Positions 31,040 through 43,640 of a DNA stretch of 64,000 nucleotides are shown here, piece after piece; position 1 is the first letter of the stretch, and every line of letters begins with the position of its first letter. The notes below the pieces were generated by a model. The model made no database searches. It saw only the letters and a program-made list of their open reading frames with translations, and was not told the origin of the DNA. The stretch lies in the NCBI RefSeq assembly GCF_009914755.1, contig NC_060926.1; one strand, 5' to 3'. Source of the DNA: the human T2T-CHM13v2.0 reference genome, Homo sapiens. The position numbers and the translations under genes were made by a program.

Positions 31040-31345
31040 CCTGATTGAGGGTCTACCTTCTAGAAAGGAGAGAGAGATAATAAATGATAAGCTTGGTACA
31101 TAAATAAGTTATGTAGTAGGTTAAAGGTCACAATACACAGAAAATAGAAGACTGGGGAAGGTGAACTAGGGGGTGAGGGAAGGTGGGGGCAGGTTGTACA
31201 TTAAATAGGTTGGTCAACATGGACCTCATCGAGAGATGAGATTACAGCCAAAGCCAGGGTCAACCAAGAGGGACTCTGGGTAAAGACCATTCCTGGTAGA
31301 GGGAATGGCTGGAATGAGGCTCCCAGGGGAGAGTGTGCCTGGAGC
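31040..31345 (-). mobile_element. L2 fragment
   Basis: taaataggttggtcaacatggacctc...cattcctggtagagggaatggc...gtgtgcctgg typical of antisense L2a. Confidence 0.65.
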
Positions 31346-31538
31346 ACGGGCAGAGTCCTCCCCAGTCCAGACATCTGGTCCACCCCTGACCCCCGATTCT
31401 GATCTGGGCATCTTCTGGCAACAGGATGGGGGCCAGGCCTTGCCCCCAGGAGCCCGAGCCCAGCCAGGTCTAGCAACTGAGGCCCTGTGTCCCTAGCCTG
31501 CCCAGATGTCCACGTGTGACCCACTCCTGCAGAAGCGC

Positions 31539-31728
31539 TCTGCTGCACCGGGATGACCCCTCAAAGCAAACTGCACCCGGGACGTCCGCCTCAGCTGCTT
31601 GGCACTCTGAGTCAGCCTGCAGGACCTGCCTTTCTCATCCAGCCCGTGCCACCCACCTGGCCGGGTCCAGCAGTGGGTCCCACCACCATCGTTCAGGCCC
31701 AGGCCCAGCTCCTTTCCAGAAGCTGGAG
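31539..31728 (+). repeat. Local duplication A, copy 2 (190 bp)
   Basis: Aligns with 30513-30725 apart from two indels (~11 and ~12 nt) and scattered substitutions. Confidence 0.93.
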
Positions 31729-32385
31729 TTTACAAGGCCATGCCGCTGACCACACTGCCAAGTCGTCCCAGTCACCAGGCACAGCCACCAGGAGCGCTGG
31801 GTGGGACCGGAGGCAGCCCTAGAAAACGGGGCTGCCTGGAGGTGAGCAGACTGGTGGACGATGGACGCAGGCCAGATGCGGGGACCACAGATGCGCTGCT
31901 GTGAGGACAGAAAACAGTTGCAGGTGTCCCAGAAAGCGTTCCAAAGAGGAAGGCCCTCTCACCCCTGGAGCACGGTTTCCAGGCCCCCAGCCCACAAGGA
32001 CAGCCCCTCTGTGTCCAGCCCTAGATCCCACTCACACCTGCCTTGAAGCGCTGGCTGTGGACATGCTTAAATCTACTCACATGTGCCTCAGACCTGGGTT
32101 GGGGGTGGGCAGGAATTTCCAAAATCTTTTTAGACGGATTCAGATTCTTTTTAGCTATCCAATCCTTTCTTCAAATGAAATGGGGCTCATGAAGAACCCC
32201 AGTAGACAGAGCGGGACATGAAGCGGGTTGGAGGGAACGCTAGGACCCTCACTGGAGCACCCACACTCGCCCCCGACAAACCCCCCAGGAGACCACGGCC
32301 CCCAAGAGCAGGGGTGGCTGCGCTCCTCACAGCCTGTGGCTCACAGCTCACAGCGGAGCTGCAGGCCCAGCTGAGACGAGGCGGC

Positions 32386-32752
32386 AGAGAGTGGAGTGGA
32401 TGAGCGGGGTGTGCGAGAGTGTGTCTGTGACAGTGAGTGTGTGTGTGTATGAGAATGTGTGTGAGAGTATGTGTGAGGAGTCTGAGAGTGTGTGTCTGAG
32501 AGTATGACTGTGTGTGTGGAGTGTGAGAGTATGTGAGTGTGTGTGGGAGTGTGTGTGGGAGTCTGTGTGTGGGAGTCTGTGAGTGATAGTGTATGACTGT
32601 GTGTGAGGGTGAGCATGTGTGTCTGTGTGATAGCAATAGTGTGTTTGTATGTGTATGATTGTGTGTCAGTACATGTGAGTGTGAGTGATGTGTGTGTGTG
32701 TGAGTGTATGTGAGAGAGTGTGTGTGTGTGTGAGAGAGAGGGAGAGAGAGAG
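32386..32752. repeat. Degenerate (TG)/(TGAG)/(GA) simple repeat
   Basis: Low-complexity TG field ending in a GA run. Confidence 0.93.
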
Positions 32753-34621
32753 GGGAAAGGGCTATCAATGTAATTTGCCTCTACAGCTAAACACACAGGC
32801 CGTAATCATAGCCATTTTACTAAATGCCCATAAAACTAAAAAACAAATAGGAAACCTCCGGATTACAGGGCCTTCTCTGAGCAGGGAGTGGCGCAATCAA
32901 GTGCTATCTGCGCTAAGTCCCAGCTTGCAGTGAGTGACCCAGGAGGCGCGGGTAAACAGAGAGAGGACCCCGTTCCCTGTCCCCCCCATCAAACCTCCAA
33001 GGCTGAATGCCTCCGAGGCTGAGCGCCGGGGGAACGGGGGGCTTCCTGGGAACGCAGTCCCCTCCGTGTGGGGGTCCTCAGCTCCCCTGTGTGAGCCTGT
33101 GCCATGCGGAACGGGACCACAGCCTCAGCCTCACAACGTGCCTGTGACCCAGCGGGAGTGGAACCCAGGCCTCTGGCACCGGGGACCCTCAGAACCCTGC
33201 CTGCAAGGGAACCCCAGACTTTGAGGGGAACAGCCTCGTGCAGCCCTCATTTCTCCCTTACAGCTGTGGGACTTCACAGACAAGCAAAAGAAAGGGAGCA
33301 TTTTAGCAAGAGCAGCCTCAACGTCACCCCCTAGAGAGCAGAAAAAAAGGGATGCTACCCCAGGTCTTACTCTAGGGTCTCCCCTCGGCCACACTCCCTG
33401 CCTCAACAGAATCTCAAGCGCCAGAATCACCAAAGGACATTCTAAGTGTCATTCCGCCCTGAGTGTCAGAAAATGCCTGCAGTGGATCCTCAGTGGCCTC
33501 CGCTGATGTAAGGAGGGTGGCCCGGAGGAGGCCGCCCTGCAGAGGGCTCCCCAGCACAGCAGCCGCGGGGACCCAGCACGCCAGGCGCACGACAGGGAGC
33601 AGCCGGTAGCCGGGGCAAAGTCTGCAAGGATCCAAGCAGGACCTGCCCCACCCTGGTTCCACCCTCACTTCTTGATGCTTGCCTTCCAAAGACCTGGGGA
33701 CTTACCTGTCCCCTGAAAGATACGTTTACCAGGTAACAGCATCTTCCCAACCCCCACGAACCTCGCACTCCAGGCTGTGTGCACCTCAGATCTCTGTGGA
33801 AGTGGCATCTACTACTGAAAACATTTTTTTGGCAGAAAAAAAAAAAACCCTCAGCTTTAAGAGACTATTGCTGGCAGTGCAGGCTCCAAGCAGACCCAGA
33901 ATCAGGCCTAGCCAGGCCCTTCCGGCAGCCCCCTCAAGCTCCGAGCTCCCTCCCAGCAGGGCGTCCCTCCGCTGCACCCTCATGGATGCCCCATCCACCT
34001 GATGGCAGCCCCTCCTTAGTTCTGGCCACTCCTTCAGCACCAAGGCCTGGGAGGTGGCTTAGGAGGTGAAGAGGAAGGAGCAGCAGGGATGCCCCGAGGC
34101 AGACGCCCGGGAGTCATGCACTAGGGCCTCCCAGGGCTGACTGGGCCAGGCACCTGCGCAACCCTCACTGACATGGCACGGAGAAGGCAGTTGGACGGTT
34201 CCTGGTGGTCTCCATTCTTCATCTCCTGAGCTCCTCTTACACTGGGGTCAGCCTCCCTCCCCTGGCTGGCACAGGGCTGGTCTCAGCCCAGGGAACCCTG
34301 TGTCCCTGCCATCTACATCAGTCGGTCCCATGTGAGAAGGAGTGACTCAGGCACTTTGTAATGCAAGATCGTTTACTTCAAGGCGCAAGAGGCTGAACCT
34401 GCTTACCCCACCTGGCCGGGAGCCCCCTTGTGGAAGAGAAAGTGGAGGGTTGGGGCAGGGGGGGGGGGACCGGTGCCCCACCCTGCAGAGTGCTAGCTGA
34501 GTTAACCTGCCACAAAAGTATTAGATATCTGGGATAAAATGATCATGGGTGGTGTCACCCCCTTCTTATTAAAATTCTGGGGCCAATGGTTTCATGTGGT
34601 TTGAGAGAAAGAATGCTCCCT

Positions 34622-34782
34622 GGCTGGGCACAGTGGTGCACAACTGTGGTCCCAGCTACTCAGGAAGTTGAAGTGGGTGGATCACTTGAGCCCAGGCAGG
34701 TCAAGGCTGCAGTGAGCCGTGACCGCACCACTGCACTCCAGCCTGGGCGACAGAGCAAGACCCTGTCCCCCCACCAAAAAAG
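34622..34782 (+). mobile_element. Alu monomer (FRAM / AluJ right arm)
   Basis: Single arm ggctgggcacagtggtgcacaactgtggtcccagctactc...gcaagaccctgtc; TSD-like gaatgctccc/aaatgttccc. Confidence 0.85.
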
Positions 34783-35369
34783 ACAGAAATGTTCCCCTAC
34801 GTTTCTCACATAAAGGCAAGACCAGCACCCGCCCCCCGCCCCTGCCACCTTGTCTCATGGATGCTGTCTGTGCCTTTAAGACGCCCAGTGGACGCACACG
34901 CCCGAGAGCTTAGAAAGTATTGCCTGTCACCGCCAGATTTTTTTTTAGGTGTGCAAACATCCAGAAATCAGCATGGTTCTAATTTCTACTTGACAAGTCC
35001 ATGTAGTTAATTTTAAAATGAAAATTGTGTCCGTTTCAAACTTCTCTTTCCTCTTTTTCACACTAAATACCAATACCCTTGGTGCCAGACTCTAGAGTCT
35101 CTTTCTATGGGCAACATTGGGAGTAAGGATGGGACCTTCCCCACCGCCTCACCCAGCAGGCTGTGCATTCCCAGCCAGTGCCTGGGACAGGAGAGCCATC
35201 TGATAGTTGTCCATAGAAGGAATGCCTGCTCTGGCCTGGTATGAACACACGCAGCCCAGGACCTCCAGGCCACCAGTCACGTGTGGGAAGAGAGGGTGCA
35301 GCCCCTCCCTGCAGCCCAGAGAGCAGGAGAATCCAGCCCTGGGGACCGCCTAGGGCTGGACTATGGCCC

Positions 35370-35540
35370 CACCACCCCACTTGCTGTGTGACTCTTGGCA
35401 AACTACCCAATTTCTCTGTGCCTCAGTTTCCTCATCCTGTGAAGTGAAGAGTGTTACAGAAGCCACCAAATAAAGCAGCAGCCACCAAATAAAGCCCCTG
35501 TAAGGATTAAGAGAAAAAATGTAAGTGAATCATGACATGT
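35370..35540 (+). mobile_element. MIR SINE
   Basis: cacttgctgtgtgactcttggcaaactacccaatttctctgtgcctcagtttcctcatcctgtgaa. Confidence 0.8.
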
Positions 35541-36979
35541 AGCCAGGTTGCACGGACTGACACTCCATCAACAGAAATGCAGAGGGCTCAGTATGTTTAT
35601 GGTTGATCAAACTGATTCACAGAAAATGTAATGAGAAAGCACCCTGCCACCTGTCATAAAATTCTGATTTATTTTACCCTAAAAGTCACTTTATAAGAAA
35701 TCAAAGGCAGCAGACATGATCATTCACTAAGCAATACACATATAATTAGTGAATGCCTCTGTATGTACATCATACTTTCATACGTTTATTTTATAGGACA
35801 TTGGGCTATCATTATTATGTAAGAATAATCTTAAGGTGGGATATGCTCACCTTTAATAATTCAGGGAACAGTATTTTTACTCATAAAGTCATAGAGTAAG
35901 TGCTCATGAATGTGCTGTTTCTAATGGGATATTGTACTTGGTTTCACTGATTTCTCAACTTAAAAGTCCCAAAATTTTATTTTCCAAAAAATCTGCTTAG
36001 AAAAGTTCCTATTCTGGCTGAATCCAGGTATGATTGCCTTTATCCAAAATGGATTATTCATCATTCTAAAACCTGTAGGTGCTTAGGGGTTCAGGGTAAA
36101 TTAGGTAAATTAGGTGGGTTCAGAGTAAATTAGTTAGGGTTCAGGTGCTTAGGGGTTCAGGAATATGGTTCCCAAGAAAATGGATAAAACACACACTTGA
36201 AACTGAGGGGCGCGGGGGCAGGGGGTCGGGGGAAGTTCTTCAAACTGGGACCCTTTCGTTTGGAAGCAAGAAGTTAAGAGTTTCCCCCCACGCAGCGTTT
36301 GCCCCTCCATGGCCACTGCCCCACCCGGCTCTGCCCTGGTGGTCACCGCAGGATCTTGGACTACCACCCGCGATTGTTACCTGGGTCTCCCCACCTCCCC
36401 TCCCATAAACATTAACTCATCGTGCTTTTGTGTTTCCCAACCCCATACAATGCGTCCTTCCCAAGGCCATGGGCTACTTCTAAGCCTAGTTAATCCTCCT
36501 CGACAGGCTGATGGAGCTGGGATAAGAAGTTGCCGAGGAGTCTCTGTGGCTGAATAAATCCAGACCACCCTCTCCCACTGCACGTGTCCCCACAGGCTGA
36601 GGGCCTGGGCCCATGGGGGGCTGCGCCATGGTGGGACCCAGACTTGTGGGCACGTGGCTTCCCATCTTCTGGGGCAGGCAGGACAGCGGGGATCCAGTCA
36701 GCACAGTTCACAGCCCATTGGCCAGAGCACATCACTCACCTCCCCTGGAGCTAGGAGACCCCAGGGTGCCAGGAATTAAATACAAGCAGGAGCACCAGGA
36801 ACCTGGGCCGACCTCTCTGGTCATGCCTCTGTACCCACCACCTTAAAGCTTCTCCAAGTCTGCAAAGCCCCCTCCCAGCCCTTCCCCTTGGCCACCATAG
36901 CATCCTCTGCGTAGACCTGGCCCCTGTCCCTGCTGACCCCTGCTCCCAGGCACTCTTCTCCTGCTCCACACGCTCCTCC

Positions 36980-37234
36980 CAAGCGCCTTTGTCAGAGGCA
37001 GTACCTCTCATTGCAGACCCCGGAGAGACAGGGTGGCAGGGTGAGGCACTGCGGGGCGAGAAGTGGAGCCGCCCAGACAGGAAGCCGGAGTCCTGGATGG
37101 TGGTGGTGCCCTCTCAGAATCCGTGGGAAAGCAGCGGGGTTGGAGGACAGCACCCTGAGAGGGAGGAAGCTCACCGGGCATGAGACACTGATACTCAATA
37201 TCTGGCAGGAGGGACTCCCCAAGCAGACCCCAGC
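36980..37234 (+). repeat. Local duplication B, copy 1 (255 bp)
   Basis: Ungapped alignment to 38553-38807 with 12 mismatches (~95%). Confidence 0.96.
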
Positions 37235-37695
37235 AGGCCTTCCCGATGCCCCCAGGCAAAAGCAATTTCCCTCTCTGGAGTTCCTCCAATGCCCTGTGGC
37301 CGTGTCCCCAGCACTGCCTTGTTTTAGGGTCCCCTGTGCACGCACCTGTCCCCAGCTAACAGAAAGCTCTGAAGGCAGGTGCAAGGCCTCACTCCTCCCT
37401 CTCCAGCCCTCATGCTTTGCTGTAAGCAGCTCCGGGCCCATTCGTTCAGCTCAACGGAGCAGCTTCCGGAGCCCAGAGGAAGTCACCTCCCAGGTGCAGC
37501 CCCCTCCCAGGGCTTGTGAGGAAACACTGTGAGCCAGAGCCCTGCAGGTCAGCTAGAAGGAGGGGGGTGAAGAAGCGTATTTCTCTGGATTGGCACAGAT
37601 GAGGCATCACCATGCAGGCAGATTAGGGGGAAGGTTCTGGAACCTCCTGGCTCACATCCCTCACTTCCTGTGGCCCAGTTTCCAGCCCTAGACTT

Positions 37696-38040
37696 GGGTC
37701 TCACTGGGCTAATATCAAAGTATAATAAGCAGGGCTGGCTCCTTCTGGAGGCTCAGGGGACAATCTGTTTCCTTTCCTTTTCTTGCCATGTTCAAAGCTA
37801 GCCATGGCCAGTGAGTCTCACATTTCACTGGGACACTGACTCTCCTGCCTCCCTCTTCCACATTTAAGGACCCTCAGGATTCCATCAAGCCCACCTGGCT
37901 AATCCAGGATAATCTCCCCATCTCCATAGCCTTCACTTACTCACATCTGCAAAGTCCCTTTGCCATGCAAAGCACCATATTTACGGGATCTAGGGCTTAG
38001 GATGTGGCCATCTCTGGGGGCCATTATTCCACCCACCACA
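37696..38040 (-). mobile_element. MLT1D-type LTR (partial)
   Basis: tgggtctcactgggctaa...taatccaggataatctcccc...ggggccattattccacccaccaca. Confidence 0.8.
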
Positions 38041-38552
38041 GTCCAAGGAAGGTGCTCTCGGCAAGACACTGTGAATACGGAGGCACCCTAGGGTCCAAGT
38101 CAGAGCCTGGGAGAAGATAGGCAGCCTCTGAGCTCCCCATGTGTCATATTTGTAATCAGAGAACAACACCCACCAGGTACCCAGTGGGCTCACAGCACTG
38201 GGGAACGCCCCCCGCCCCCCACCCCAGGACAGGCAGTCACTGAAGGTCCTGTTTGAGCAGAAGGATGGAGGGGGTGTTGTTCTTTTGTAGGATGGCTTCC
38301 TTGAGGAGGCAGCATTTCTGCTGCTTTGTAAGTCATGGAAGGGAAACAGCTGGAAGGCCTGAGTTTGAGGAGAACACTCCCAACATCTGGGCCACAGCCC
38401 CCTATAAGGCCCAAGGCCTGGAGCAGCTCCAGCTGAGGGGAATCCTCAGCTGGTGAGGACATCCCAGGGACCCCAGTGAGGGGCTCTGAACTGTGGGTGA
38501 GATTCAGTGTGAAGTGTTGAGTCCCAAGGAGCCCAGGCCGGCCTCTGAGACA

Positions 38553-38807
38553 CAAGCGCCTTTGTCAGAGACAGCACCTCTCATTGCAGACCCCGAAGAG
38601 ACAGGATGGCGGGCTGAGGCACTGCAGGGCGAGAAGTGGAGCAGCCCAGACAGGAAGCCGGAGTCCTGGATGGTGGTGGTGCCCTCTCAAGATCCGTGGG
38701 AAAGCAGCGGGGTTGGAGGACAGCACCCTGAGAGGGAGGAAGCTCACTGGGCATGAGACACTGATACTCAATATCTGGCGGGAGGGACTCCCCAAGCAGA
38801 CCCCAGC
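38553..38807 (+). repeat. Local duplication B, copy 2 (255 bp)
   Basis: Ungapped ~95% match to 36980-37234; paralogous pseudo-ORFs also appear in the ORF track. Confidence 0.96.
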
Positions 38808-40448
38808 TCGTTCAACTACAAAGACTTTGAGCATCACCTCAGATCTCCAGCAGTCAGAGAATCTGCCATCCTAGGGTGGGGCAGCATCCTAAAATGTCAT
38901 CTGGTCTGCCCCACCTGCCAGAGGAAGGCAGAAGCTACATTGTCATCACAGCACGGAGCAAGTAATGGCAGCCTTCTCCAGAAAGTCCCCTGAGATGTGG
39001 GCAGAGCCACAGGTGGGATCTGGGCCTCCAATTTCCTGTCCAGGGGCCCGGAGCCTCCTCTCTCACAGCTTTGGAAGCCTGAGGGAGTCCTGTAGCTGTA
39101 AGGACTCGGCTGGGGGTGCTGGGGCCAACAGGTCATCCTCCTCATTCCTGCTCAGACACCCTTCCAGCTGCACAGTCTTCTGCCAACCACTTAACCTCTC
39201 TGAGCCTCAGTTTCCCCATTGGAAAAGAGGACCTGAGCATTCCCACGCACCAGGGAGCCAAGGACTTCCCTTGGGACTCATCAAACACCAGTTCCTTCCC
39301 TCGTCCTTCCCCCTCCTTCGTCCCCCTCCTTACTTAATTCAAGTCAACCTAAATTGATTTTTTGAATCAGCCTCACTAATTTCCGGTCCTGGCAGCTTCC
39401 AAAATGAAAATGCCTTGTTCAAAGCCCACAGTCTGAGTTTCCTGTGGTCTTCTCGTGTGGACCACATATCAACGGGGCGGGTGAGGAGTGGGGTCAACCC
39501 CAGGGAGCCTGAAGCAGCCCTGGCCCCACAGCGGTGGCACAACCAGTTTAATTATTAACTCTTTCTCCGGTGCAGTCAGCCGCCAACGCACATTCATGAG
39601 ATACTAACCCCTTCATCTCCCTCCACATCACTCGGCCACCCACATGACAAGAGCACCAGCGTGCCTGGGTTCTGAGTCACTTTCCAACATGGTATTTCAT
39701 TCCCTTCCAGGATTATTTATCATCAGGGACCACATACGCTTTATATGTCAACAGCCCATTCTGCAGCTGACATCCCTCACCTCCTCCAGGCTGCTCTGCC
39801 CTGCTCAGCCATCTCTCTGTTCCTTGCGTCCTTCTCCAGTCCTCACCTCTCTCCCAGTCTCCCAGGGTCACCAGAGCTTCTCAGGCCCCTATCCCTTTCC
39901 TGGACAGAAGCCTCGCTTCACAGGCCCCGACCAGCCCAGATCACTTTCCTTCCCCCACTTCACTTGTAAGCACCCCTGTTTCTTAAAGAAACTCCTGATT
40001 TTCTTCCTTCTTCTGGGCCCACTGCTGGCACGGCAGGGGAAGCCATTTCCTTCCCCACCATCCACCCCTTGATGAACACAGATATCCTAAGCATTCTCAT
40101 CACACTCCTGCACTTTCGAAGCTCCCACTGTGTAGGACACCACAGCTCAATTCCTCTTCATGGTTTTCAAGACCTCCTGGCATCTGGCTCCGGCATCTGG
40201 TTCCAGCCTGCAGACCCAATCAGTATCCGGGTCCAAGCCCCTGGTCCTCCCTGCTCACCAGCAAACGGCTGGTGCATGTCTTCCTGACTGTCTTGGCTCA
40301 GGCCGCCCCTTCCATCTGAAGTGCCCTGTCCTCTTGCCCCCACCTAACCCATGAGCTCCGGGCAGGCGGTATCTCACCCTCTTAGCAACCCCACACTACC
40401 TAACGTAGCTCAGTTCAAGCACACCGTCAAAGCCAGGCGAACACTTGG

Positions 40449-40885
40449 TGTATTTGTTCCCTGGGGCTGCCGTCACCAATTACTGATGGCTTCAAACAAC
40501 AGAAATGTATTTCTTCACAGTTCTGGTTGCCAGAAGCCTGAAATCAAGGTGTGGGCAAGGTCGTGCCCCGTCTGAGGGCTTGGGGAGGACCCACCTGAGC
40601 CTCTTCTTAGCTCCGGCTTTGCCAGCCATCTGTGCCATTCCTTGGCTTGCAGAGGTCCCTCTCCAGCCTCTGCCTCCACCATCCCACGGTGCTCCATGCG
40701 CATGTCCAAATCTCCCTCTTTTAATAAGGAACCAGTCACTGGATTAGGGCCCACCCATAAGACTTCATCTTAACTTGATTACATCTGCAAAACTCCTATT
40801 TCCAAATAAGCCACAGTCACAGGCGCCCAGGTTAGGACTTGGACGTATCCTACTGCGTTTGGGGAATGCAATTCTACTCGCAGCG
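40449..40885 (-). mobile_element. MLT1C-type LTR
   Basis: ggggctgccgtcacc...aaacaacagaaatgtatttc...cttaacttgattacatctgcaaa...ctatttccaaataag. Confidence 0.85.
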
Positions 40886-41127
40886 TTAGCCATGTACCTC
40901 AGACAGTGATGCATCTGCCTGAGTCTAGGTTTTCTTAACTCTAAGACAGCACTCCCATCTCAGGGAAGTTGTGAAGCTGTCATGAAACTGGCAGGTAAAA
41001 CCCACCCACTTCTTGGCACAGATTTCTCAACCTTTTTCTGTCAAGGCCCACAGGACATCCTTGCAGGCAGAGCTGCAGGCCCAGCAGCTGTGACAACAGT
41101 ATAACCAAAATCTAGAATCTGTGCTAA

Positions 41128-41420
<293 letters not shown>

Positions 41421-41639
41421 CCAACCTGTTTTTTTAATTGAAGAATAACTGGCGAACTATGCCATCTTAAAATGATTAACATTATTATTATATAATTACA
41501 TAATATAGAATATAAAATGAATATTTTCTTGAAATGTATCCATTGTTATCCATTGTTCTTAAACTATTAAGAACTAGGAGTTTAAAGCAAAAAAAAAAAA
41601 ACATTGCTGCTGAAGACTTTGTCCTCTCCCAGCTCCACA

Positions 41640-41890
41640 AGAGCACAGGGTGGCAGAGCCAGGGGTTTGAGCCCAGGCTCTGGGCTCTGACCGCCGGGGG
41701 CCAAATCCCAGCTCACCGTGAACTGTCTGAACAGCCATGGGCAAGCCGTTTCTGCTCTCTGAGCCTCAGTCTCTCATCTGTGACTGGCGGCATCCACCCC
41801 TCGGGCTGCTGTGGGGGTGAGACAGAACGATGCATGTGAGGCTGAGAAGGGGCCTGGCAGACCCCGAGCACCCGGTGCGGGGTGGCTGCT
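41640..41890 (+). mobile_element. MIR SINE
   Basis: caaatcccagctc...tgggcaagcc...ctctgagcctcagtctctcatctgtg. Confidence 0.75.
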
Positions 41891-43364
41891 ATCATGACTG
41901 TGCAAATGCTTCTCCTGAGTGGGAGAGGCAGCATGATCATCACAGGAGTTAAGCCAGCGGGAATTCTCTTCTGTGTGCTCCACAAGAGGCTATTTGCTGA
42001 GCGTTATTGGAGACCTCTCAGGCTCTGCAAAGCCCCTGCTGCCCAGCGCTCTATTCTGAGCCCGGGAGCGATCAGGGTGGCTTTTTGAGGGCTAATGACT
42101 CAGAAAGTCCAAGGAGTATGCGAAGCCAACGTGGAGTGACACAGAGAAAGCTTCCCCCACAAGCCCCCTCCTCCCCCGAAACCTGGCCCCATTCAATGCC
42201 CACAAGTTCCAGTCAAGCCACTGAGAGCAAACATATTTCTAAAGAAAGGGAATTTTCACGAATTTTGTTCTGAAAATGCAGCAGGAGGCTTTGAGACTTT
42301 GGAGACCCCTGGGCCATTGAGATTCTGTACTCGGTGCTTCCCACACCCTCTCCCCTCCGGTTCCACCTCACCCTCCTCTCCAGGCCTCTGTCTGCCACAA
42401 GTTTGCTGGAACTGCCCCAGCCCCCAGGCCCCAGAACTCCTCTGCCCAGAATCTCCATCTCCTAAAGCATGAAAGAGACAAAGCTGTTCAAGCCTCTCTT
42501 CCCTCCACTGCATTTTCCTCCCTCGCATTCCTGAGATGCTCTCCTCCTCTCTGCAGCCCAAGAGCCGCGGCCTCTGCTCCTTCTGTTTATATTGTACAGA
42601 GCTGGAGACTTTGTAAGACCCGATAGGAGGAAGCACCAAGAGGAAATCGGAGCAAACGTCTTAATGAGATGGTCACACTCGGCCAGGGTAATGGTCCTGA
42701 AGTGCTAGACGTGCTTCCCCAGTCGCTGCCTCACTGTTATTTGCCGCTTTTCTTTCATTACCATTCATTCCGCATCATTCATGTGATAATTTGTCATGTT
42801 TGTTCCTAGTCCGCTTTAATAGTACTGTGTCCTTTTCCCCCAAGTGAGCATGGTTGGGTTTGTTTTGTTCATGAGACAGGTTTTTTGCTCTTGTTGCATA
42901 GATGGGGGAAAGTGAAAGGGCAAAATAAAGAGATTTCTTGCCAGGAGTGACTCCAGAGCAGTTTAGAGAAATCCTGGCCTGGAGTGGAACCTGACAGGGG
43001 GTGTGTGTGCAAGACCAAAAGGGTCCTCCAGGGAGGGGTGATTGGCACCTCTCTGCACCTGGGAATATCAGGGCTAGCCCAGCCCCAGGGTCCTCCCAGC
43101 TGAAAGCTCCTCTCAGTGAGCAGCTGCCCAATCCCGAAGGCCCAGAATACACAGAGAGACCTTTCCTCTCAGGATAAGGGAGCTCCCTAAGTGTGGGTGT
43201 GGGGCCCTGGCTGGGTACACGTCCCCATCGGTAATGGGACACCTTCCAGAGGCCACGCCACACTCTGGAAACTGATCACTGAGTGAGTAGAAGAAGATAG
43301 CCAGGGCTGCCACTCTCACCCCTCCCGCCCAGATCCTCCCTGCCAGTTATGGGGGAAAATTACA

Positions 43365-43640
43365 TTCATATATAGATAATAAAATATATATAATAAATTT
43401 AAAATATATTAGAAATTATATATAACTATACATATAATAAAATACATATAATAAATTACATTTATATATGGGGAGAGAGAGGGATGGAGAGCGAGACAGA
43501 GAAAAGGGGGAGAAAGAGAGAGACTCAGAGAGGGAAGACAGGAAAGAGAGGAGAGAGCTGGGGGAAGAGAGAGAGAGCAGGGAAAGAGAGAAAGAGCGGG
43601 GAGGAGGAGGGGAGAGGGAGAGAAAAAGAGAGAGAGAGAG
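43365..43640. repeat. AT-rich tract followed by GA-rich polypurine tract
   Basis: (TA)-rich 43365-43469, then (GA)n/GGA-rich 43470-43640. Confidence 0.9.

Noticed and set aside
35461-35495. Micro-duplications (agccaccaaataaagc x2; also 53901-53939 and 56383-56420)
   Set aside because: Ordinary short slippage duplications
36077-36161. Interstitial telomeric repeat
   Set aside because: Only isolated ttaggg hexamers, no tandem (TTAGGG)n array
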